From Caulobacter sp. (GTDB lineage: Bacteria; Pseudomonadota; Alphaproteobacteria; Caulobacterales; Caulobacteraceae), in contig JBILYE010000001.1 of NCBI GenBank assembly GCA_044377925.1, forward strand, positions 1 through 46,459: a DNA stretch of 46,459 nt, given 5' to 3'. Both the position numbers and the translations under genes were made by a program. A model generated the notes under the pieces. The model worked only from the letters and a program-made list of their open reading frames with translations. It ran no database searches and was not told where the DNA came from. Below are positions 27,331 through 38,259 of the stretch, piece after piece. Position 1 is the stretch's first letter. Each line of letters opens with the position of its first letter.

Positions 27331-28029
27331 ATGAAATTCTTGAAACTGGCCCTGGTCGGCGCTGCCGCCTCCCTGGCCCTCGGCGGCGCGGCCTTCGCGC
27401 AGGACGAAGCGCCGGCGAGCGACTTCTCGTTCAGCTACAACGCCGGCGTGGCGAGCGACTACGTGTTCCGTGGTGTGAGCCAGACGGACGGCCCGCAGAT
27501 CTTCGGCGGCGCTGACATTTCGAGCGGCGCGCTCTACGCGGGCGTCTGGGCGTCGAACGTTGACTTCGGCGACGACACCGATGCCGAAATCGACCTCTAC
27601 GTCGGCGTGAAGCCGGAACTCGGCCCGGTGACCATGGACATCGCCGCCATCTACTACGCCTACATCGGCGAGGCCTCGGGCTCGGACTACGAGTTCGCCG
27701 AATTCAAGGTTGCCGGCTCGGTTCCGATCGGCTCGGCCACCGTCGGCACGGCCTTCTACTATTCGCCGGAATTCTTCGGCGGCACCGGCCAGGCTCTCTA
27801 CTATGAAGCCAACGGCAGCTACGCGATCAACGACAAGTGGTCGGTCGGCGGCGCCATCGGCAAGCAGGAAGTCGAGAACGCCACCGACTACACCACCTGG
27901 AACTTCGGTGTCGGCTGGGCGGCCTTCGACAAGCTGGCCCTCGACCTGCGCTACCACGACAGCGACCTGAACTGCGTCACCTTCTGCGGTGAAAAGGTTG
28001 TTCTCACCCTAAAGACCACCCTCCCGTAG
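27331..28029 (+). CDS. TorF/Gcw_chp (TIGR02001-like) putative outer-membrane porin
   Basis: Signal peptide, SDYVFRGVSQT, GVWASNV, EIDLYVG, alternating beta-strand pattern. Confidence 0.85.
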   Translation: MKFLKLALVGAAASLALGGAAFAQDEAPASDFSFSYNAGVASDYVFRGVSQTDGPQIFGGADISSGALYAGVWASNVDFGDDTDAEIDLYVGVKPELGPVTMDIAAIYYAYIGEASGSDYEFAEFKVAGSVPIGSATVGTAFYYSPEFFGGTGQALYYEANGSYAINDKWSVGGAIGKQEVENATDYTTWNFGVGWAAFDKLALDLRYHDSDLNCVTFCGEKVVLTLKTTLP

Positions 28030-28077
28030 GGCGATCAACAAGGGACCGGTCCGCTCCTCCCTGGACCGGTCAGGATT

Positions 28078-28119
28078 GGCCGTCGCGACCCCTGGGGGTG
28101 GCGGCGGCCTTTTCCTTTT
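28078..28119 (+). terminator. Rho-independent terminator after the porin gene
   Basis: GGCCGTCGC...GCGGCGGCC stem followed by TTTTCCTTTT; a second hairpin precedes it at 28044-28071. Confidence 0.7.
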
Positions 28120-28164
28120 CCGAGCGTCGCTTTTCCTGAGGAAGGTTGGGCGCTATCGAAGGGC

Positions 28165-29346
28165 ATGCACAGTTTCGCCCGCCTGCTTGCGCCCATCACG
28201 CCGGACCAGTTCCTCAACCAGGCCTACGGCAAGGCGCCCCTGCACATTCCGGCGCAACCGGGAGCCCGTCAGGGCATCCTGAGCTGGGATCGCTGGAACG
28301 AGATGCTGTCGGTGGCCTCCAGCTGGACCGAACCGAGGCTGAAACTCTACATCGAGGGCCGGCGGATCGCCGCCGAGCACTATTGCGACAGCATCAACAC
28401 CCTGGACGGCCAGCAGCTGCGGGTGAACCCGCGCAAGGTCCGGGTCTTCCTGTCGATGGGCGCCAGCCTGGTGGCCAATGCGGTGGAAACCATGTCGCCG
28501 GAGCTGCGGGCCGTGGCGCGGTCGCTGGAAACCGCCCTGCTCGGCCTGACCAGCGCCAACGTCTACTCCTCGTTCGGCGGCAAGCGGGCCTTCAACAGCC
28601 ACTACGACAGCCATGAGGTGTTCGCCTTCCACGCCGAGGGCGAGAAGGTCTGGCGCATCTACGAGGGCCGGGCCGACAACCCCCTGACCGGGCCGCCCGA
28701 CCATCCCGAAATCCAGGCGCAGATGGACCGCCAGAAGGGCCGGTTGCTGCGCGAGGTGACCATGCGGCCGGGCGACCTGCTCTACATCCCGCGCGGCCAG
28801 TTCCATGACGCCCTGGCCAGCAGCGAGGCGTCCCTGCATGTGACCTTCTCGGTCGAGCCCCGCACCGCCCGCATCCTGTTCAGGGTGCTGGAGCAGGAGG
28901 CGATGAAGGATAGCGCCTTCCGCGCCTGGCTACCCGATCCGCGCGAAGATGGGGCGGCGGCGCTGAAGGCCCGGATCGGCGAGCTGGCCGACCGGCTGAA
29001 GGCCATCGCCACCAGCGATGTGGCGGTCAGCGAGGTGGCGGATCTGCAGCGATCGATCTTCGGCGAGCTCAGCGAGTATGCGCTGCCCGCCGTCGGTCCG
29101 CTGGAGGCCTATGAGACGGCGCCGCGGCCGGCGGAGGTGACGCGGACGGCCGAGGGCTGGATGTTGCGCACCCAGGCCGGACTGATTCCGCTGGAGGGGC
29201 TGCACAAGCCGATGAGCTGGATCCTCGGCCGACCGGCCTTCACCCTGCAGGAAATGGCCGCCTGGCATCCGCAGGCGGACGAGGCGGCGCTGAGGCGTCT
29301 GCTGGAGCGCCTGACGGCGGCCGGCATGGTGCGACGGAGGGCTTAA
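28165..29346 (+). CDS. JmjC/cupin-4 Fe(II)/2-oxoglutarate oxygenase (RoxA/NO66-like architecture)
   Basis: ANVY, HYD (HxD), [19 protein letters not shown]. Confidence 0.85.
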   Translation: MHSFARLLAPITPDQFLNQAYGKAPLHIPAQPGARQGILSWDRWNEMLSVASSWTEPRLKLYIEGRRIAAEHYCDSINTLDGQQLRVNPRKVRVFLSMGASLVANAVETMSPELRAVARSLETALLGLTSANVYSSFGGKRAFNSHYDSHEVFAFHAEGEKVWRIYEGRADNPLTGPPDHPEIQAQMDRQKGRLLREVTMRPGDLLYIPRGQFHDALASSEASLHVTFSVEPRTARILFRVLEQEAMKDSAFRAWLPDPREDGAAALKARIGELADRLKAIATSDVAVSEVADLQRSIFGELSEYALPAVGPLEAYETAPRPAEVTRTAEGWMLRTQAGLIPLEGLHKPMSWILGRPAFTLQEMAAWHPQADEAALRRLLERLTAAGMVRRRA

Positions 29347-29365
29347 GCCCCCACGATCACGGCAA

Positions 29366-29647
29366 TCAGCGCGGCTTGGCGTCACCGGTGCTGCGGGCGC
29401 CGTCCATGATCCGCTGAGCCTGGTCTTCGCGCTTCTGCCAGCCGTCCTTGGTGTCGCAGATCTTGCTCTTTCGGCGGGAGCCGACCACGGCCTCGCGCTT
29501 GCAGGACAGGCGGTCGGGGTCCTTCACGCCGATCTCGCCGACCGGGATGCTGCTGCGCTGCGGCGCCTTGACGTCGACGGGGGAAACGGCGGCCGACGTG
29601 GCCGGTTCGGCGGCCAGCAGGGCAAGGGCGGACATCAGGACAAGCAC
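29366..29647 (-). CDS. Small secreted C-x14-C protein (paralog 1)
   Basis: Signal peptide, [24 protein letters not shown]; GAGG RBS before GTG. Confidence 0.75.
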   Translation of the reverse strand: MLVLMSALALLAAEPATSAAVSPVDVKAPQRSSIPVGEIGVKDPDRLSCKREAVVGSRRKSKICDTKDGWQKREDQAQRIMDGARSTGDAKPR

Positions 29648-29785
29648 GGCATATGCCTCACAGGATCAAGGTGGCGGAAGCAACCATCGCAGCGTGGCAA
29701 GGTCAAGGCGCCGCTCAACCGCATTGACGGGACGGGCGACTTGGCTTCCATGCGGGTTTCGCCGCCTCAAGGAAACGTCTCAAGC

Positions 29786-31921
29786 ATGACCTCCGCCAGC
29801 TCGCTCACGCTCGACCCCAGCCTGCAAGCCTTCGTGGAGACCGAGCTGTTGCCCGGGACCGGCGTGGCGCCGGCGGAATTCTGGGCCGGACTGGCTGGCA
29901 TCCTGGCGAGCTTCAGCCCGCGCAACGCCGCCCTTCTGGCCAGGCGGGACGCCCTGCAGGAGGCCATTGATGCGCGCTGGCGCGAGCGGCGCGGCCAGCC
30001 GTTCGACGTGGCTCAGGAACGGGAGTTCCTGACGAAGATCGGCTATCTGGTTCCTGAACCGGGCGCCTTCGAGATCGTTACCGCCAACGTCGATCCGGAG
30101 ATCGCCGCCCTGGCCGGTCCGCAGCTGGTGGTGCCGGTGTCCAACGCCCGCTACGCCCTCAACGCCGCCAACGCCCGCTGGGGCAGCCTCTATGACGCCC
30201 TCTACGGCACCGATGCGCTGGCGCCGCCGCTGGCGACCAAGGGTTATGATGCAGCCCGCGGGGCCGAGGTCATCGGCTATGCCCGCCGGCTGCTCGACGA
30301 GGTCGCGCCCCTCGCCGAAGGCGCTCACACCGCATCGACGTGCTACCGGATCGAAGACGGGCGCCTCGTGGTCACAACGGCCGGCGGCGAGAGCGGCCTC
30401 GCGGACCCGGCGCAGCTTGTCGGTTGGCGCGGCGAGGCGGCGGACCCCACCGGCGTGGTGCTGGTCCACAACGGCCTGCACCTTGAGATCGTCATCGACC
30501 GCGACCACAGCATCGGGCGGGACGATCCGGCCGGGGTCGCCGATGTGGTCATGGAATCGGCCCTGACCGCCATCCAGGACTGTGAGGACAGCGTCGCGGC
30601 CGTTGACGCGGAGGAGAAGGTCCAGGTCTGGCGCAACTGGCTGGGACTGATGAAGGGCGACCTGGCCGCCAGCTTCCAGAAGGGCGGCCGGACGGAGACC
30701 CGCCGTCTTGAGGACGACCGCGTTTTCACCACCGCCGGCGAGGGCACGGTCACCCTGCCCGGCCGCAGCCTGATGCTGGTGCGCAACGTCGGCCATCACA
30801 TGACCAGCGACGCCGTGCTGCTGGACGGCGCCCCGGTGTTTGAAACGGTGCTGGATGCGCTGATCACGGTGACGGCGGCGCTGCATGACCTGAAGGGCGC
30901 GCGGCGTAACAGCCCCGCCGGCTCCGTCTATGTGGTCAAGCCCAAGCTGCACGGGCCGGAGGAGACGGCCCTGGCCGTGGCGCTGTTCGACGAGGTCGAG
31001 ACGGTGCTGGGCCTGCCCCGCAACACCGTCAAGATCGGGGTCATGGACGAGGAGCGGCGCACCAGCGCCAACCTGGCGGCCTGTATCCACGCCGCCCGGG
31101 AGCGGATCGTCTTCATCAACACCGGCTTCCTGGATCGCACCGGCGACGAGATCCACACCGCCATGGAAGCGGGCCCGATGATCCGCAAGGAAGCCATGAA
31201 GGGCGAGGCCTGGCTCAGCGCCTACGAGAAGCGCAACGTCGAGATCGGCCTGGCCGCCGGCTTCACCGGCAAGGCCCAGATCGGCAAGGGCATGTGGGCC
31301 GCGCCCGACATGATGGCCGCCATGCTGGAGGCCAAGGTCGCTCATCCGAAGACCGGGGCCAGCACCGCCTGGGTGCCCTCCCCGACCGCCGCCACCCTTC
31401 ACGCGCTGCACTATCATCGGGTCGATGTGGCCGCGGTGCGGGCCAGCCTCGACCTGTCTTCGCCGACGGGAACCGACGCGCTTCTGACGCCGCCGCTGGC
31501 GAAGTCGAACTGGAACGATGCCGACATCCAGCAGGAACTGGACAACAACATCCAGGGCCTGCTGGGCTACGTCGTCCGCTGGATCGACCAGGGCGTCGGC
31601 TGCTCCAAGGTGCCGGATATCCACGATGTCGGGCTGATGGAAGACCGCGCCACCCTGCGCATCTCCAGCCAGCACCTGGCCAACTGGCTGCATCACGGCG
31701 TCTGCACCGAAGCGCAGGTCCGGGAGACGTTCGCGCGCATGGCCCGAGTGGTCGATGCGCAGAACGCCGACGACCCGCTGTATGAGCCGATGGCGGGAAA
31801 TGAGGGAAGCGTGGCCTGGCAGGCGGCGCTCGAGCTGGTCTTCTCGGGCCGCGCGCAGCCGAACGGCTACACCGAGCACATCCTGCACCGCCGCCGGCGG
31901 GAAAAGAAGGCGCGGAGCTAA
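29786..31921 (+). CDS. glcB: Malate synthase G
   Basis: [64 protein letters not shown]. Confidence 0.97.
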   Translation: MTSASSLTLDPSLQAFVETELLPGTGVAPAEFWAGLAGILASFSPRNAALLARRDALQEAIDARWRERRGQPFDVAQEREFLTKIGYLVPEPGAFEIVTANVDPEIAALAGPQLVVPVSNARYALNAANARWGSLYDALYGTDALAPPLATKGYDAARGAEVIGYARRLLDEVAPLAEGAHTASTCYRIEDGRLVVTTAGGESGLADPAQLVGWRGEAADPTGVVLVHNGLHLEIVIDRDHSIGRDDPAGVADVVMESALTAIQDCEDSVAAVDAEEKVQVWRNWLGLMKGDLAASFQKGGRTETRRLEDDRVFTTAGEGTVTLPGRSLMLVRNVGHHMTSDAVLLDGAPVFETVLDALITVTAALHDLKGARRNSPAGSVYVVKPKLHGPEETALAVALFDEVETVLGLPRNTVKIGVMDEERRTSANLAACIHAARERIVFINTGFLDRTGDEIHTAMEAGPMIRKEAMKGEAWLSAYEKRNVEIGLAAGFTGKAQIGKGMWAAPDMMAAMLEAKVAHPKTGASTAWVPSPTAATLHALHYHRVDVAAVRASLDLSSPTGTDALLTPPLAKSNWNDADIQQELDNNIQGLLGYVVRWIDQGVGCSKVPDIHDVGLMEDRATLRISSQHLANWLHHGVCTEAQVRETFARMARVVDAQNADDPLYEPMAGNEGSVAWQAALELVFSGRAQPNGYTEHILHRRRREKKARS

Positions 31922-31955
31922 GGCTCCGCACCTCCGTCAATCCTGAGGGGCGGCT

Positions 31956-33767
31956 CTAGCCGCTCGCCACCCACCGCTTCACCCGCGTGTCCAGCACGCC
32001 GAGCGGCAGGGAGCCGCCGGAGATCACGAGGTCGTGGAAGGCGCGCTGGTCGTACCTCGCGCCCATGGCGGCCCGGGCCTCGTCGCGAAGGGCGAGGATC
32101 CTGACCATGCCGACCTTGTAGGAGGTCGCCTGGCCGGGGCTGACGAAGTAGCGGCGGATCTCGGACTTGATCTTGGCGGCGGGCTGCGGCGAGTTGGCGG
32201 TGTAGAATTCCGTCGCCTGCGCCTCGCTCCAGCCCTTGGCGTGGATGCCGGTGTCGACCACCAGGCGGATGGCCCGCCAGATCTCGCGGCCCAGGCGGCC
32301 AAAGTCGCTGTAGGGGTCCGTGTAGAAGCCCATCTCCTTGGCCAGCCGCTCGACGTAGAGCCCCCAGCCCTCGATGTAGGCGCCGTAGCCCGACTGGGTG
32401 CGGAAGACCGGCAGGCCGGTCAGCTCCTGGGCGATGGAGATCTGCATGTGATGGCCGGGCCAGCCCTCATGGTAGGCGGTGCCCTCGATCTCGTAGAGCG
32501 GCGTGGCGCGGACGTCCGACAGGTGGACGTAGAACACGCCCGGCCGTGAGCCGTCGAGGGAGCCGGTGTTGTAGTGGGCGGCGCCGCCCGGCTCCTCGCG
32601 ATAGGGTTCGACCCGTTTCACCACCAGCGGCGAGCGCGGCAGGCGACCGAACTGCTCGGGCAGCCGGGCCTTCATGGCGGCCAGATAGTCGTCGGCCAGC
32701 TTAAGGTAGCGAGCCCGGCCGGCGTCGTCGGGCGTGACGTAGAAGCGGTCATCGGTCTTCAGGTAGGCGAAGAAGTCCTCGAGCTTGCCGGCGAAGCCGA
32801 TCCTGCCCTTGAGGGTCTCCATCTCGGCGCGGATGCGGGCAACTTCCGCCAGGCCCAGCTCGTGGATCTGGTCGGCGGTCATGTCGGTCGTGGTCTGCAG
32901 GCGCAGCATGGCGTTGTAGTAGGCTGCCCCGTCGGGCAACGAACCGGCCCCCCTGGGATCGGCGGCCGACTGTTCGCGGTCGGCGGCCAGCCAGGCGGCG
33001 AGACGGTCGTAGGCCGGTTTCATCGAGCCGGTCATGGCGTCGGCGACGGCCTTGGTCAGCGTGGCCTCACCGGCCCCGTCGATCACCCCCCTGGCCTTGA
33101 GCGCCGCAAACTTCGCCCGGGCGTCGGCGAACAGGGCGCAGTCGGGACCGGTGTCGAACGGCGCGCCGGTGGTGACACGGCGAACATCGAGGCTAGCCTG
33201 CTCATAGGAGAAGCGCGGCATGCGCACGCCCCTGGCGGCGGCGCGCCTGGCCTGGTCCAGCTGAACGTCCAGCACCCCGCCGATGGCGGCGACGCGGGCG
33301 ACATAGGCCTCGGCGTCCGACGAGGTGTCGACCGGATGCATGTTGATCATGAAGTTCGGCAGACCGGTGTGGACGCCGCCGCGGGCGAAGGTGTAGCCGT
33401 GATCGCGCCAGCGCCAGTATTCCTCGGCCCGTTCCAGCTCCAGCAGCCACATGTCGTAGGAGGTCCGGGCGTCCTCGCCCAGCCTGGCCGGGTCGAACCT
33501 GCGCTTCATCGCCTTGACGCTGGCGCGGCGCCAGTCGAGGCGCTTTTTCTGGGCGGCTTCGGAGCGGTCGGTCAGCTGGTCGTACCGCTGCTTGCGGCCC
33601 AGCTGCGACAGCTGCTCGGGGTCCATGGCCAGCTCTTCCTCGAAAGCCTTGTCGAGAAAGAGGGTCAGCTCGGCGTCGAGACCTGACGCCTGGCGGGCAA
33701 GGACGGTGGTGGGAAGAAGGGCGGCCAGGCTGACGCCCAAGCCGAAGTCACGCCGGGAAAGCCGCAT
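31956..33767 (-). CDS. DUF885 family protein with Tat signal
   Basis: SRRDF twin-Arg, HEGWPGHH.Q, EGWGLY.E, RLVVDTGIH, PGQATSY. Confidence 0.9.
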   Translation of the reverse strand: MRLSRRDFGLGVSLAALLPTTVLARQASGLDAELTLFLDKAFEEELAMDPEQLSQLGRKQRYDQLTDRSEAAQKKRLDWRRASVKAMKRRFDPARLGEDARTSYDMWLLELERAEEYWRWRDHGYTFARGGVHTGLPNFMINMHPVDTSSDAEAYVARVAAIGGVLDVQLDQARRAAARGVRMPRFSYEQASLDVRRVTTGAPFDTGPDCALFADARAKFAALKARGVIDGAGEATLTKAVADAMTGSMKPAYDRLAAWLAADREQSAADPRGAGSLPDGAAYYNAMLRLQTTTDMTADQIHELGLAEVARIRAEMETLKGRIGFAGKLEDFFAYLKTDDRFYVTPDDAGRARYLKLADDYLAAMKARLPEQFGRLPRSPLVVKRVEPYREEPGGAAHYNTGSLDGSRPGVFYVHLSDVRATPLYEIEGTAYHEGWPGHHMQISIAQELTGLPVFRTQSGYGAYIEGWGLYVERLAKEMGFYTDPYSDFGRLGREIWRAIRLVVDTGIHAKGWSEAQATEFYTANSPQPAAKIKSEIRRYFVSPGQATSYKVGMVRILALRDEARAAMGARYDQRAFHDLVISGGSLPLGVLDTRVKRWVASG

Positions 33768-33839
33768 CCGAAGTCCTCATCGGGAGATGGTCATCGAAGC
33801 GACCCTAGGCCGGTTCGCCACCGGGGTTAAGGGTGGCGA

Positions 33840-34097
33840 TCAGGCCTGTGGCGCAGCCGGCGACGTCCATCCGGGTCGCAGTTGCGGATGAGCCTGATAG
33901 ATCTTCTCGGCAATCTGCTCATTCACGATCGTGATCGCGTCATGGACCGCTCCCCGAACAGACCGCTGGTCAGCCTCTGACAAATGGCCGGCCGCCGTTC
34001 GCGCGATGTCGCTGAGAGCCATCGTCGAACGCGCACAATCTTCCAGCAACGCCGTGGCCGCGACGACGCTCAGGTCCAGAGGTCCCGTTGATCTCAT
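33840..34097 (-). CDS. Small hypothetical protein next to the tRNA 3' end
   Basis: 85-aa helical-looking ORF filling the intergenic gap; no family recognised. Confidence 0.45.
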   Translation of the reverse strand: MRSTGPLDLSVVAATALLEDCARSTMALSDIARTAAGHLSEADQRSVRGAVHDAITIVNEQIAEKIYQAHPQLRPGWTSPAAPQA

Positions 34098-34149
34098 TCT
34101 TCACCACCGTTCCGGGCCCTGGCCAGGCCGGCCTGTCGAACGTCAATCG

Positions 34150-34230
34150 TAGGGACGGTGGGACTCGAACCCACACGCCTTGCGGCTGCGGCTTTTAAGG
34201 CCGCTGCGTCTACCATTCCGCCACGTCCCC
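34150..34230 (-). tRNA. tRNA-Leu(TAA)
   Basis: Acceptor GGGGACG/CGTCCCT, D-arm TGGCGGAATGGTAGACGC, anticodon arm GCGGC-CTTAAAA-GCCGC, long variable arm, GTGGGTTCGAGTCCCAC; discriminator A, CCA not encoded. Confidence 0.95.
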
Positions 34231-34272
34231 GCCCGGCCCTGTCTAGAGGAGCGGAAGGGGATGGCAAGCAGA

Positions 34273-34581
34273 CTACTGCTTGGCGACGATCGGCGGCTTG
34301 GTCGCGCCCTGGCCGTAGAGGGTGCTGTCCATGGTCCGTTGGGCGGCGTCCTCGCGGGCCGACCAGTCGAACGCGGTCAGGCAGACCTTCTTCGGACGGA
34401 TCGCGCCGAGGACCATGGTCTTGCGACAGACAATGCGGTCGGCGTCAGGCTTGCCCGGCGCGCCGATCAGCACGTCTGCCCTTGCGCCGGCGGAAGCTCT
34501 GGTAGCGCTGGATTCAATTGCGACGGGAGCCACGGCCCCGACCATCGCGGTGACAAACGCGGTCACAAGAAGACTCATCAC
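34273..34581 (-). CDS. Small secreted C-x14-C protein (paralog 2)
   Basis: Signal peptide, DADRIVCRKTMVLGAIRPKKVCLT; GGGAGG RBS. Confidence 0.75.
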   Translation of the reverse strand: MMSLLVTAFVTAMVGAVAPVAIESSATRASAGARADVLIGAPGKPDADRIVCRKTMVLGAIRPKKVCLTAFDWSAREDAAQRTMDSTLYGQGATKPPIVAKQ

Positions 34582-34663
34582 GGCCTCCCTTCACCCTGGA
34601 TCAGACGCAGAGTTTAGGCCGAACGCCGATATCGGTAAAGTCGCGACCCGCGGAGCCGATGCC

Positions 34664-34957
34664 TCAGCCGCCGGGTTGTTGCCCTTTGAAATCATCGGCG
34701 CTGCCGGCGCTCCGGTTGCCCGGGTCGGTCAGCCTGTCAGCATCGTCCTTGAGCCGCTGGCGTTGGGCGATGGTCATGCAGACCTTCTGAGGCCGGTTGG
34801 AGCCGACAACATGTTCCCGCGTGCAGACGATGCGGTTCGGATCGTCCAACGCCTTCTTACTGGCTGCGGGGTCGACGAGCGGCGCGCTGGAGCCGGCCTG
34901 GGCCAGGGCGGGCGACGCAACGAGGACGAGGGCGGCGGCGATCAACGCGGTGCGCAT
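34664..34957 (-). CDS. Small secreted C-x14-C protein (paralog 3)
   Basis: Signal peptide ending ALA, DPNRIVCTREHVVGSNRPQKVCMT. Confidence 0.8.
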   Translation of the reverse strand: MRTALIAAALVLVASPALAQAGSSAPLVDPAASKKALDDPNRIVCTREHVVGSNRPQKVCMTIAQRQRLKDDADRLTDPGNRSAGSADDFKGQQPGG

Positions 34958-35002
34958 AGAAACTCACAGGACTGCTTAAAGTGGTGGCGTCCAGACTGGC
35001 CG

Positions 35003-35770
35003 TCAGGCGCCCGCGCTGTCAAGAAACGTAATGTTGCCGATGCCCTCGGCCGCAAGGGCTGCCTCGAGATCGCGCCGCGCCGCCTCGACCTGCGCAAGAT
35101 CGCGGCCGCGGATGACAAGCTGGCTGCCATAGCCGGCCGGCGAGAAGAAGGGATAGCTGCCCAGCGACAGGTCCGGATGGGCCCTGGCCACGGCTTCCAG
35201 AGGGGCGGCCATGGCCCCCTCCCCCGTGCCTTCGACGCGCAACGTCTGGGAAATCACCACGGCCCCGACCCGCAGGCGCGGACCCACATCCTCCAGCATG
35301 CCGCGCATGATCGACGGCACCCCGGCCAGGACGAAGACGTTGCCGATCTGGAAGCCGGGCGGGCCCTGCACCGGGTTCTTCACCAGGCTGCCGCCCTCGG
35401 GCACCCGCGCCATGCGCCGGCGGGCCGCGTTCAGCTCGCCGCCCCAGCGGCTGCTCATCATGGCGATGATCTCGGGATGTTCGTAGAGGGCGACGCCGAA
35501 GGCCTTGGCGACGCAGTCGGCGGTGATGTCATCGTGTGTCGGGCCGATGCCGCCGGTGGTGATCAGATAGTCGTAGCGCCCGCGCAGATGATTCACCGCC
35601 GCCACGATCTCGGCCTCGTCGTCGGCCACGACCCGCGCCTCGGCCAGGTCGACGCCGTACTGGGCGATGTAGCGGGCGATTGAATTGAGGTTTGTGTCCT
35701 GGGTCCGCCCCGACAGAATTTCGTCTCCGATGATGAGGACCGCCGCCGTCACCCGTTCCTGGCTCGCCAT
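35003..35770 (-). CDS. Molybdopterin-binding / CinA N-terminal-like protein
   Basis: IIGDEILSGRTQDTN, TTGGIGPTHDDIT, AGVPSIM. Confidence 0.9.
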   Translation of the reverse strand: MASQERVTAAVLIIGDEILSGRTQDTNLNSIARYIAQYGVDLAEARVVADDEAEIVAAVNHLRGRYDYLITTGGIGPTHDDITADCVAKAFGVALYEHPEIIAMMSSRWGGELNAARRRMARVPEGGSLVKNPVQGPPGFQIGNVFVLAGVPSIMRGMLEDVGPRLRVGAVVISQTLRVEGTGEGAMAAPLEAVARAHPDLSLGSYPFFSPAGYGSQLVIRGRDLAQVEAARRDLEAALAAEGIGNITFLDSAGA

Positions 35771-35818
35771 AGAGGCCGTCCTTCCCTACATCGCTGATCC
35801 CGTCGATCTAGAGCGCCC

Positions 35819-36520
35819 ATGCACCTGCCTCAACCCTTAAGCCGCGGCCGATTGGTCAGCCGCTACAAACGCTTCTTCGCCGACGTCATTCTCGATGACG
35901 GACGGGCGGTGACGGCGCACGTCCCGAACCCGGGCGCCATGCTGGGCCTGAAGGACGAAGGCATGGGAGTCTGGCTGTCGTGGAGCGGCGATCCAAAGCG
36001 CAAGCTGCCCTGGACCCTGCAGCTGGTGGAGGCGGACGGCGGGCTGGTCGGCGTCAACACCATGAACCCCAACCGGCTGGTCGCCGAGGCGCTGGCCAAG
36101 GGTGCGATCCCGGAACTGGCCGGCTATGCCCAGCTGCGCCCCGAGGTGAAGTACGGCGAAGCCAGCCGCATCGACTTCCTGCTGACGGATCCTGAGCGCC
36201 CGGCCTGCTGGCTGGAGGTCAAGAACTGCCACTATCGGCGCGAGGGGACGCTGGCCGAGTTCCCCGACTGCGTGGCGGCCCGCAGCGCCAGGCATCTGCG
36301 TGAGCTTGAGGCCATGGTCGCCAAGGGCGACCGGGCGGTGGTGCTGTTCGCGGTCCAGCGTACCGATTGCGACGCCTTCAGCGCCTGCCATGACCTCGAC
36401 CCGGTGTTCGCCGCCGCCCTGGACCATGCCGCCGACGCAGGGGTCGAGGTGCTGGTCTATGCCTGCGACATGGGGACCGACGCCATCGAGATCGCCCGCC
36501 GGATCGCCTGGCGGCGCTGA
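35819..36520 (+). CDS. sfsA: DNA/RNA nuclease SfsA
   Basis: [45 protein letters not shown]. Confidence 0.93.
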   Translation: MHLPQPLSRGRLVSRYKRFFADVILDDGRAVTAHVPNPGAMLGLKDEGMGVWLSWSGDPKRKLPWTLQLVEADGGLVGVNTMNPNRLVAEALAKGAIPELAGYAQLRPEVKYGEASRIDFLLTDPERPACWLEVKNCHYRREGTLAEFPDCVAARSARHLRELEAMVAKGDRAVVLFAVQRTDCDAFSACHDLDPVFAAALDHAADAGVEVLVYACDMGTDAIEIARRIAWRR

Positions 36521-36586
36521 CACCCTCGCCCGGCTCTCGATCATCGGTTAGGCTCGCCACCCGACGACACCGACACCGGGGTGAGC

Positions 36587-37639
36587 ATGGCCAGTTACCG
36601 CGAGCGCCTGACGGCCGATCTGGACCGGTGGATCGCCGCCGGCCTGACCCCCGCCGAGAACCGCCAGGCGATGCTGGACATGGCCGTCGAGCCGCGGCGG
36701 CTGGACGCGGCGACGGCGCTGGCGCTGGTCGGGGTGGTGTTCATGGGTGCGGCGGTGATCGCCTTCGTGGCCGCCAACTGGGATGGAATTCCACGCATCG
36801 GCCGGTTCGCCATCCTGATCACCGCCTTCCTGGGCGCGGCCGGGGCCGGGGCCTGGACCGGCTCCAGGGGGCGGCCGAACGCCGCCAATGGACTGCTGAC
36901 CCTGGCTGCGGCGTTGTTCGCCGCCTCCATCGGCCTGACCGGGCAGATCTTTGACATCGCCGGCGATCCAAAGACCGCCCTGCTCGGCGCGGCCGCCGGT
37001 GCGGTGCTGCTGGCTCTGGTCGGACGGTCCAGCGGCGCGTTGATCGCCGCCCTGCTCTTCGTCGGCATGGCCGATTTCTTGCCCCCCCAGAGCTACTGGC
37101 TGGCGCCGGCGGCTGTCGTCGGGGTCGCGGTGGCCTGGCTGTGGCGCTCGGTTCCCGCCGCGCACGCAGCCGGGCTGGCGTTCGCCGTCGGAGTCTGGCT
37201 GGCCGCCGACCGCCTGACACCGGACGGCATCAACCAGGCCGTGCCCGGCCTGGCGGCCAGCGCCGTACTGGCCGCTGCCGCCTTCATCGCCAGCACCCGG
37301 CGGGATGAGGGCCGGCAGGAGGCGACCATTCTTTACGGCTGGTGGGTGTGGGCAGCGCTGGCCGCCTTCGCGAGTGTCGCGGTCTGGAATGCAGGCGATA
37401 CCGTCAAGGTCATCCACCGCATCGCCTGGTTGCTGATCAGTGGGGCGGTGCTGGCGCTGGGCCGCCACGACCGCCATGCCCTGGTTACAGCGGCCGGGGT
37501 CGTGTCGCTTATGGCGGCGGTGGCTGCGGTGCTCTTCGATCTTGGGCTGGACCTGGTCTACGCGGCCGTGGTGTTCGGGGCCGCGGCCGTGCTGGTGCTC
37601 GGCGCCGGCTGGTTGCTTCGCCGGAGGAGCACGCCATGA
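36587..37639 (+). CDS. DUF2157 family membrane protein
   Basis: DRW...GL, FVAANW, IGLTGQIF motifs, many TM segments. Confidence 0.8.
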   Translation: MASYRERLTADLDRWIAAGLTPAENRQAMLDMAVEPRRLDAATALALVGVVFMGAAVIAFVAANWDGIPRIGRFAILITAFLGAAGAGAWTGSRGRPNAANGLLTLAAALFAASIGLTGQIFDIAGDPKTALLGAAAGAVLLALVGRSSGALIAALLFVGMADFLPPQSYWLAPAAVVGVAVAWLWRSVPAAHAAGLAFAVGVWLAADRLTPDGINQAVPGLAASAVLAAAAFIASTRRDEGRQEATILYGWWVWAALAAFASVAVWNAGDTVKVIHRIAWLLISGAVLALGRHDRHALVTAAGVVSLMAAVAAVLFDLGLDLVYAAVVFGAAAVLVLGAGWLLRRRSTP

Positions 37640-38223
37640 GCCGCCTTCGCCCCTGGCTGATCGTCGGCGCGGCCGTGCTGATGGCCGGCGCCCTGGTCTG
37701 GCTGATCCTCTCCGAGCACCGCGCCCGAGCGGAGGGGACGCAAGTGGCCCTGGTGCTGGAGGGCGTGGACCCGCGCAGCTTGCTCAGCGGGCACTACGTG
37801 CAGCTTGAGATGCGGGACACGCTGCCGACCGGCGCCCCATGTCCGAAGAACCTTGATCCACCTGCCGTCGGCCCAGGACGCTGGGTGGCCCTGAAAAGCG
37901 AGAACGGGCGGGGCCGTGTGGTCGGGGCGACCGACAGCCTTGACGCCGCCAGGCGCCTGGCGCCGATTGCCGTGCGCGGAACGGCCCGCTGCTTCGACCT
38001 CAACGGCGACCGGGCCGTTGTTTGGCTGGACATCGGCCTCGACCGCTTCCACGCCTCACAGAAAGAGGCAGAGGCGATCGAGGCGGCGCTGCGCGCCTCA
38101 CGCTCCGAAACGCCGACCGCCTTCGCCCTGGTCTCGGTCGGCCGCGATGGCCGGGCGAGACTGCTCGGCATCGAGGTCGAGGGCCGTCGCATCCTGCTGG
38201 ACTGGTTCGCGCCGGCCCGCTGA
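37636..38223 (+). CDS. GDYXXLXY-domain membrane-anchored protein
   Basis: VDPRSLLSGHYVQL; N-terminal TM; ATGA overlap with the DUF2157 gene. Confidence 0.8.
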   Translation: MSRLRPWLIVGAAVLMAGALVWLILSEHRARAEGTQVALVLEGVDPRSLLSGHYVQLEMRDTLPTGAPCPKNLDPPAVGPGRWVALKSENGRGRVVGATDSLDAARRLAPIAVRGTARCFDLNGDRAVVWLDIGLDRFHASQKEAEAIEAALRASRSETPTAFALVSVGRDGRARLLGIEVEGRRILLDWFAPAR

Positions 38224-38259
38224 CGGTTTTCACCGAACGCCGGCCGTGCTATCGCCCGC

